A stretch of 63,326 nt of DNA, filler included, from Deltaproteobacteria bacterium (GTDB taxonomy: Bacteria; JAEEML01): NCBI GenBank assembly GCA_016283195.1. It is 6 parts of 6 records of this genome, joined end to end, with 100 filler letters (N's around TTAATTAATTAA, not from the genome) between each part and the next. Parts side by side here need not be neighbours in the genome. Positions count along the whole stretch, not along the records: positions 51,020 to 59,942 come from JAEEML010000151.1; positions 60,043 to 63,326 come from JAEEML010000167.1; 4 more parts are not named here. One strand, written 5' to 3'. The position numbers and the translations under genes are program-made. The notes beneath the pieces were generated by a model. That model made no database searches. It was not told where the DNA came from and saw only the letters and a program-made list of their open reading frames with translations. Of this stretch, positions 59,642 through 63,326 are shown piece after piece (position 1 is the stretch's first letter; every line of letters starts with the position of its first letter).

Positions 59642-59942
59642 CTCGTGAGAAATATTTTAGCACAATGCTGGCTTAGTGGCCAAGTCTAAGTTGGGTGGCG
59701 CGCGGTTTTTAGTTAGTTAGTTAGTTACTTTTCTTACACAGCGCACGGAAAGGCTTCCTATATTATTATAAAGGTTATTCTAACGATGATGTTTGCTTTC
59801 CGAAAGTCAAAAAAGCAATCAGGTTAGCCGCTTAAAGCAGCTTTTGTTGCAAAGCAGTCGGTGTCTCTCCGGGAGCGGTGCGAGCATCACCCGGCGATTC
59901 AATAGGCCAGTACACAGTAAAACGCGCTCCTCCGAGGGGAGC

Positions 59943-60042
59943 NNNNNNNNNNNNNNNNNNNNNNNNNNNNNNNNNNNNNNNNNNNNTTAATTAATTAANN
60001 NNNNNNNNNNNNNNNNNNNNNNNNNNNNNNNNNNNNNNNNNN
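59943..60042. other. Assembly spacer
   Basis: N block with TTAATTAATTAA. Confidence 0.99.
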
Positions 60043-60044
60043 TT

Positions 60045-62285
60045 GCCCAAACGCTTTCGCCTTTCCCGCCGAGCCATATTCAATTTTTGATGCGGGCCGC
60101 TTCTTATTATCAGGTGGCGGTTGGCGAGCTTTTGCTCTCCTCATTGCCGCCTAACCAAAAGGGGCAGGAAAAATATCGCCTTGCCGCTAATTTTGCGGAT
60201 TCCCTCGCGAAATGCCGCCTGGGCTCAAGCGAGGAGGCTGTTATAGCGCTACTGAAAGAGGGCCGCGCCGTTAGCCAATTGGCTCTAAGCCGGCAGCTAA
60301 AAAAGCCGCTAACGCTTTTGAAGCCGGTTTTAAAGCGCCTGCTCGCCAAAAATCTGCTTGAAGTGCTTTACGCAAAAGAGAGCGGCCCGCGTATTGTGCG
60401 CACTGTGAAGGCTCTTTACTCAAAAGAGCTTGAGAAAATGGCCTGGCAACTGGCTACTAAAGCTCCCAAAGCTATTGAGCTCTGGCGCTCTTTGCCTCAG
60501 GATGAGGAAAAGGCTCTGGCCTCTCTTGGCGGCGGTGGTATTTATGCCAAAGTCAACTGGCTACAGGAGCGCGGCTTTGTGGAGTGCGCTTTTGCCCTTT
60601 TAAGTGAGCAGGGAAAAACCGAATTAAGCATTAAAAACGAGGCGGAACTGGCTGCGCCGCTGCCGCTAAATAATGAACAAAAATCTGTACTTAAAGCTAT
60701 TACTGATAAAATCGACAGCGGCTTTAGTCCTTTTTTGCTCCACGGTGTTACCGGCTCCGGCAAAACCGAAGTATATATGCAGGCCATTGCCGAAGTTTTG
60801 GCTAAGGGTAAAAAGGCGCTGGTTTTGGTGCCGGAAATAGCTCTTACCCCGCAAACGCGCCTGCGTTTTATGCTGCGTTTCGGTGAAGATCGCATCGGGC
60901 TTTGGCACAGCGAACTTTCGGCCGGAGCCAGGCTTTCTATCTGGGAGCGGGCGGCCAGAGGTGAGCTTGATGTTCTGGTGGGCGCGCGAAGTGCTCTTTT
61001 TGTGCCTATGGCCAATCTTGGTATGGTGGTGGTGGATGAAGAGCACGATTATTCTTACAAGCAAGGTGAGGAGCCGCGCTATAACGGCCGTGATTTGGCG
61101 CTCCTTTTAGCGCAGGTAAATGAGGCGGTGGCTATTTTGGGATCGGCCACTCCTTCTCTTGAGAGTTACCACAATAGCTTACAGGGCAAGTATTGTTATC
61201 TCGCTCTCTTGAGGCGGGCTGTCAGTCAGACTCTGCCGCTGGTGGAAACTGTTGATATGCGCCGTGAGGTGGGCAAAGCTGTTGACGGCCAGCTTTCGCA
61301 GCCCCTGATTAATGCCCTGGCAGATAATTTGGAGCGCCATGAGCAGAGCCTTATTTTTTTGAATCGCCGCGGTTTTGCTCCTTATGTTATTTGCCAGGAT
61401 TGCGGCTATAATTTTACTTGTCCTAATTGTGCGGTGGGGCTTACTTTCCATCAAAAGCGCCATCTTTTAAAATGTCACTATTGCGGCTACGAAATTCCCA
61501 TGCCGGATAAATGCCCGACTTGTAAAGGTGAGCGCCTTTTGAAACTGGGGCTGGGGACAGAGCGGCTGGAAGATACTATTCAGCGCCTTTTTCCTACGGC
61601 CCGCCTGGCCCGTTTGGATCGCGATACCGCGGCCAGCCGTCAGCGCCTGGAAGAGGTGCTGGCTGCTGTTCAGGCTGGGCAGGTGGATATTTTGCTTGGT
61701 ACGCAAATGGTGAGCAAGGGGCACGATTTCCCTAAAGTTACGCTGGTGGGAGTGGTGCAGGCCGATGCCGCGCTCAACTTTCCCGATTTTCGGGCGGCGG
61801 AGCGCACCTTTCAGCTGCTTACACAAGTGGCGGGGCGGGCAGGGCGCGGTGAGCTGCCGGGGCGGGTTTTAGTGCAAACTTTTGACCCGGAGAATTTTGC
61901 TATTAAGGCGGCTCTTAAGCATGATTGCCGCGCTTTTTGGAATAGAGAGCTCGCTATAAGAGAAGAGGTTGGTTATCCGCCTTTTACTCATTTGGCTATG
62001 TTGCGCTTTGAGGGGGAGGAGGAGACTCCTGTCAGCGCGAGCGCGCAAAAAGTGGCAGAGCTTTTAAACAGGCGAATTGCCGCTTCCAACTTGCCGGCAG
62101 GGTTCATTACCATTTTGGGGCCGACTCCCGCGCCCATAGCTCGCATAAATGGCAAATATCGCTATCAGTTGCTTATCAAGTGCCAAAAGCGGGCTCATGT
62201 GGGCAAAATAATTAGCGATATTGATGGGTGTGTGGAAAAAAACGTGCACCTGATTGTGGATATAGACCCGGTGGATATGCTGTAA
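60045..62285 (+). CDS. priA: Primosomal protein N' (5' truncated)
   Basis: LHGVTGSGKTEVY, VPEIALTPQ, VDEEHD, GSATPS, LNRRG, four CxxC, GTQMVSKGHDFP, QVAGRAGR. Confidence 0.97.
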   Translation, partial: AQTLSPFPPSHIQFLMRAASYYQVAVGELLLSSLPPNQKGQEKYRLAANFADSLAKCRLGSSEEAVIALLKEGRAVSQLALSRQLKKPLTLLKPVLKRLLAKNLLEVLYAKESGPRIVRTVKALYSKELEKMAWQLATKAPKAIELWRSLPQDEEKALASLGGGGIYAKVNWLQERGFVECAFALLSEQGKTELSIKNEAELAAPLPLNNEQKSVLKAITDKIDSGFSPFLLHGVTGSGKTEVYMQAIAEVLAKGKKALVLVPEIALTPQTRLRFMLRFGEDRIGLWHSELSAGARLSIWERAARGELDVLVGARSALFVPMANLGMVVVDEEHDYSYKQGEEPRYNGRDLALLLAQVNEAVAILGSATPSLESYHNSLQGKYCYLALLRRAVSQTLPLVETVDMRREVGKAVDGQLSQPLINALADNLERHEQSLIFLNRRGFAPYVICQDCGYNFTCPNCAVGLTFHQKRHLLKCHYCGYEIPMPDKCPTCKGERLLKLGLGTERLEDTIQRLFPTARLARLDRDTAASRQRLEEVLAAVQAGQVDILLGTQMVSKGHDFPKVTLVGVVQADAALNFPDFRAAERTFQLLTQVAGRAGRGELPGRVLVQTFDPENFAIKAALKHDCRAFWNRELAIREEVGYPPFTHLAMLRFEGEEETPVSASAQKVAELLNRRIAASNLPAGFITILGPTPAPIARINGKYRYQLLIKCQKRAHVGKIISDIDGCVEKNVHLIVDIDPVDML

Positions 62286-62402
62286 GCTAGTTATTTCCTG
62301 TTTGCGAGGGTGGACACCCAAATTATTTAGTTCAATACACCTAGAACGCTGTGTGCTTTTTTTTGACCTCTCCTCTTAACTTGTTGGATTTTTAAGAAAA
62401 TC

Positions 62403-62427
62403 GCCCCTCCCCGATGCAGGGAGGGGC
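62403..62427. terminator. GC-rich hairpin (terminator or REP-like) between convergent genes
   Basis: GCCCCTCCC-N7-GGGAGGGGC. Confidence 0.6.
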
Positions 62428-62519
62428 CAAAGGGAGCAAATGGCGAAAACAGAAAATGAAGTTATTAGCAAAACAGAAAATATTAGTGACTATATGGTTT
62501 TATATGTAGCCGTGCTTTA

Positions 62520-63326
62520 TTAGAAGTGTTGCATGCAGAAAGTTTCATTTTGACTTGTGCATGTTCCGTCTTTGCAACAGTAGCCAGAGCCACAATTTCC
62601 AGCACCGTTGTTGATATTTTTACATGTTCCTGTAGAACAGCTTTTGCAATCCCCAAAAGTGCGACATACAGTAGCACAGCAGTAACCGTCCTGACTGCAA
62701 ATTCCGCTACTGCAGGTGCTACCGTTACTGCAAGGAGTGCCATTGGGTGCACCATCATCAATAACGCAAGTACCGCTACTACACTTATAGCCGGTGGCAC
62801 AATCGCTGTTGGAGGAACAACTGGTTTTACATGCACCGTTGCTGCAAATGTAATTTCCGCAACCTTGCGGTGAGCTTGTTGTGCAGCTTCCGTTTGAGCA
62901 ACCGCGTATGTAAAGTGAACCACCGGAGCAGTAGTTTGCTCCGCAGTCATTCACTGTATCTGCTGCGCAACTTCCGCTGGTATTGCAGGTATATGACTGT
63001 GTTGCCGGGTGGCCATTAGTTGTTGTGCAAGTGGTTGGGCACGAATTTGCGCAACAGTGGACATTACAAATTCCGCTTAAACACTCAGAACCAGAGGAGC
63101 AGGTTTGCCCGTTGGTCTTGATGCAATTTCCGCTGCCGTCGCAGGTGTAACCAGCTCCGCAACCATTATTGGTACCTGAAGGGGTGTTGCTGCAAGTGCC
63201 GCTTGAGTTACCTTGTTTACAAGTGCCACAAGAAGAAGCCACACAGTAGCCATGGTCGCAGGCTACGCTTAAACAATCGCTGTTTTGTGAGCATTCTTGC
63301 CCATTTACTTTTTTGCAAGCGCCACT
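62520..63326 (-). CDS. Cys-rich repeat surface protein, C-terminal part
   Basis: Frame open to the window edge; NGQ-C-xxxx-C-xSG-C-xxG-xCC repeats. Confidence 0.8.
   Translation of the reverse strand, partial: SGACKKVNGQECSQNSDCLSVACDHGYCVASSCGTCKQGNSSGTCSNTPSGTNNGCGAGYTCDGSGNCIKTNGQTCSSGSECLSGICNVHCCANSCPTTCTTTNGHPATQSYTCNTSGSCAADTVNDCGANYCSGGSLYIRGCSNGSCTTSSPQGCGNYICSNGACKTSCSSNSDCATGYKCSSGTCVIDDGAPNGTPCSNGSTCSSGICSQDGYCCATVCRTFGDCKSCSTGTCKNINNGAGNCGSGYCCKDGTCTSQNETFCMQHF

Noticed and set aside
4936-60042. Five recurring N-TTAATTAATTAA-N blocks
   Set aside because: Artificial contig linkers with stops in all frames. ORF ends reading X...LIN and cross-gap neighbourhoods are artefacts.
1-63326. 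Complete DGR cassette, retron or intact IS/prophage
   Set aside because: No reverse transcriptase, template repeat, intact transposase, integrase or capsid gene was recognised in the window.

Overview
This is a bacterial draft or MAG window made of six contigs (1-4935, 5036-10759, 10860-42180, 42281-50919, 51020-59942, 60043-63326). They are joined by artificial 100-nt N spacers containing TTAATTAATTAA, so adjacency across gaps carries no biological meaning. Gene content suggests a Myxococcota-like deltaproteobacterium (inference): romR beside valS, PilZ, PEGA, RCC1, HEAT and Cys-rich lipoproteins, and atpE with an N-terminal extension. Recognisable housekeeping genes are a U32 peptidase, atpE, tolB (partial), 5S rRNA (3' part), an OPT transporter, rimM, a GH57 protein, dedA, nth, cpoB, ftsB, a diguanylate cyclase, a ferredoxin, ispH, a deoxynucleoside kinase, typA (partial), valS, romR, rseP and priA. 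Best leads: (1) a Cys-repeat lipoprotein with a C-terminal FISUMP domain whose last ~57 codons look like a DGR variable repeat, with no RT or template repeat in the window; (2) two tandem orphan genes (a >1490-aa internally duplicated beta-rich protein and an HEXXH protein) sharing a sigma-28-like CAACT-N14-(G/C)(C/T)GATAA promoter; (3) an unexplained ~165-nt structured element with terminator/antiterminator-like alternative pairing, set among REP-like palindromes; (4) several decayed toxin/nuclease genes (VapC, YhcG, Mrr, Rpn), the Rpn remnant retaining an intact intragenic RpnS-type ORF. All calls were made by eye; no database searches were run.
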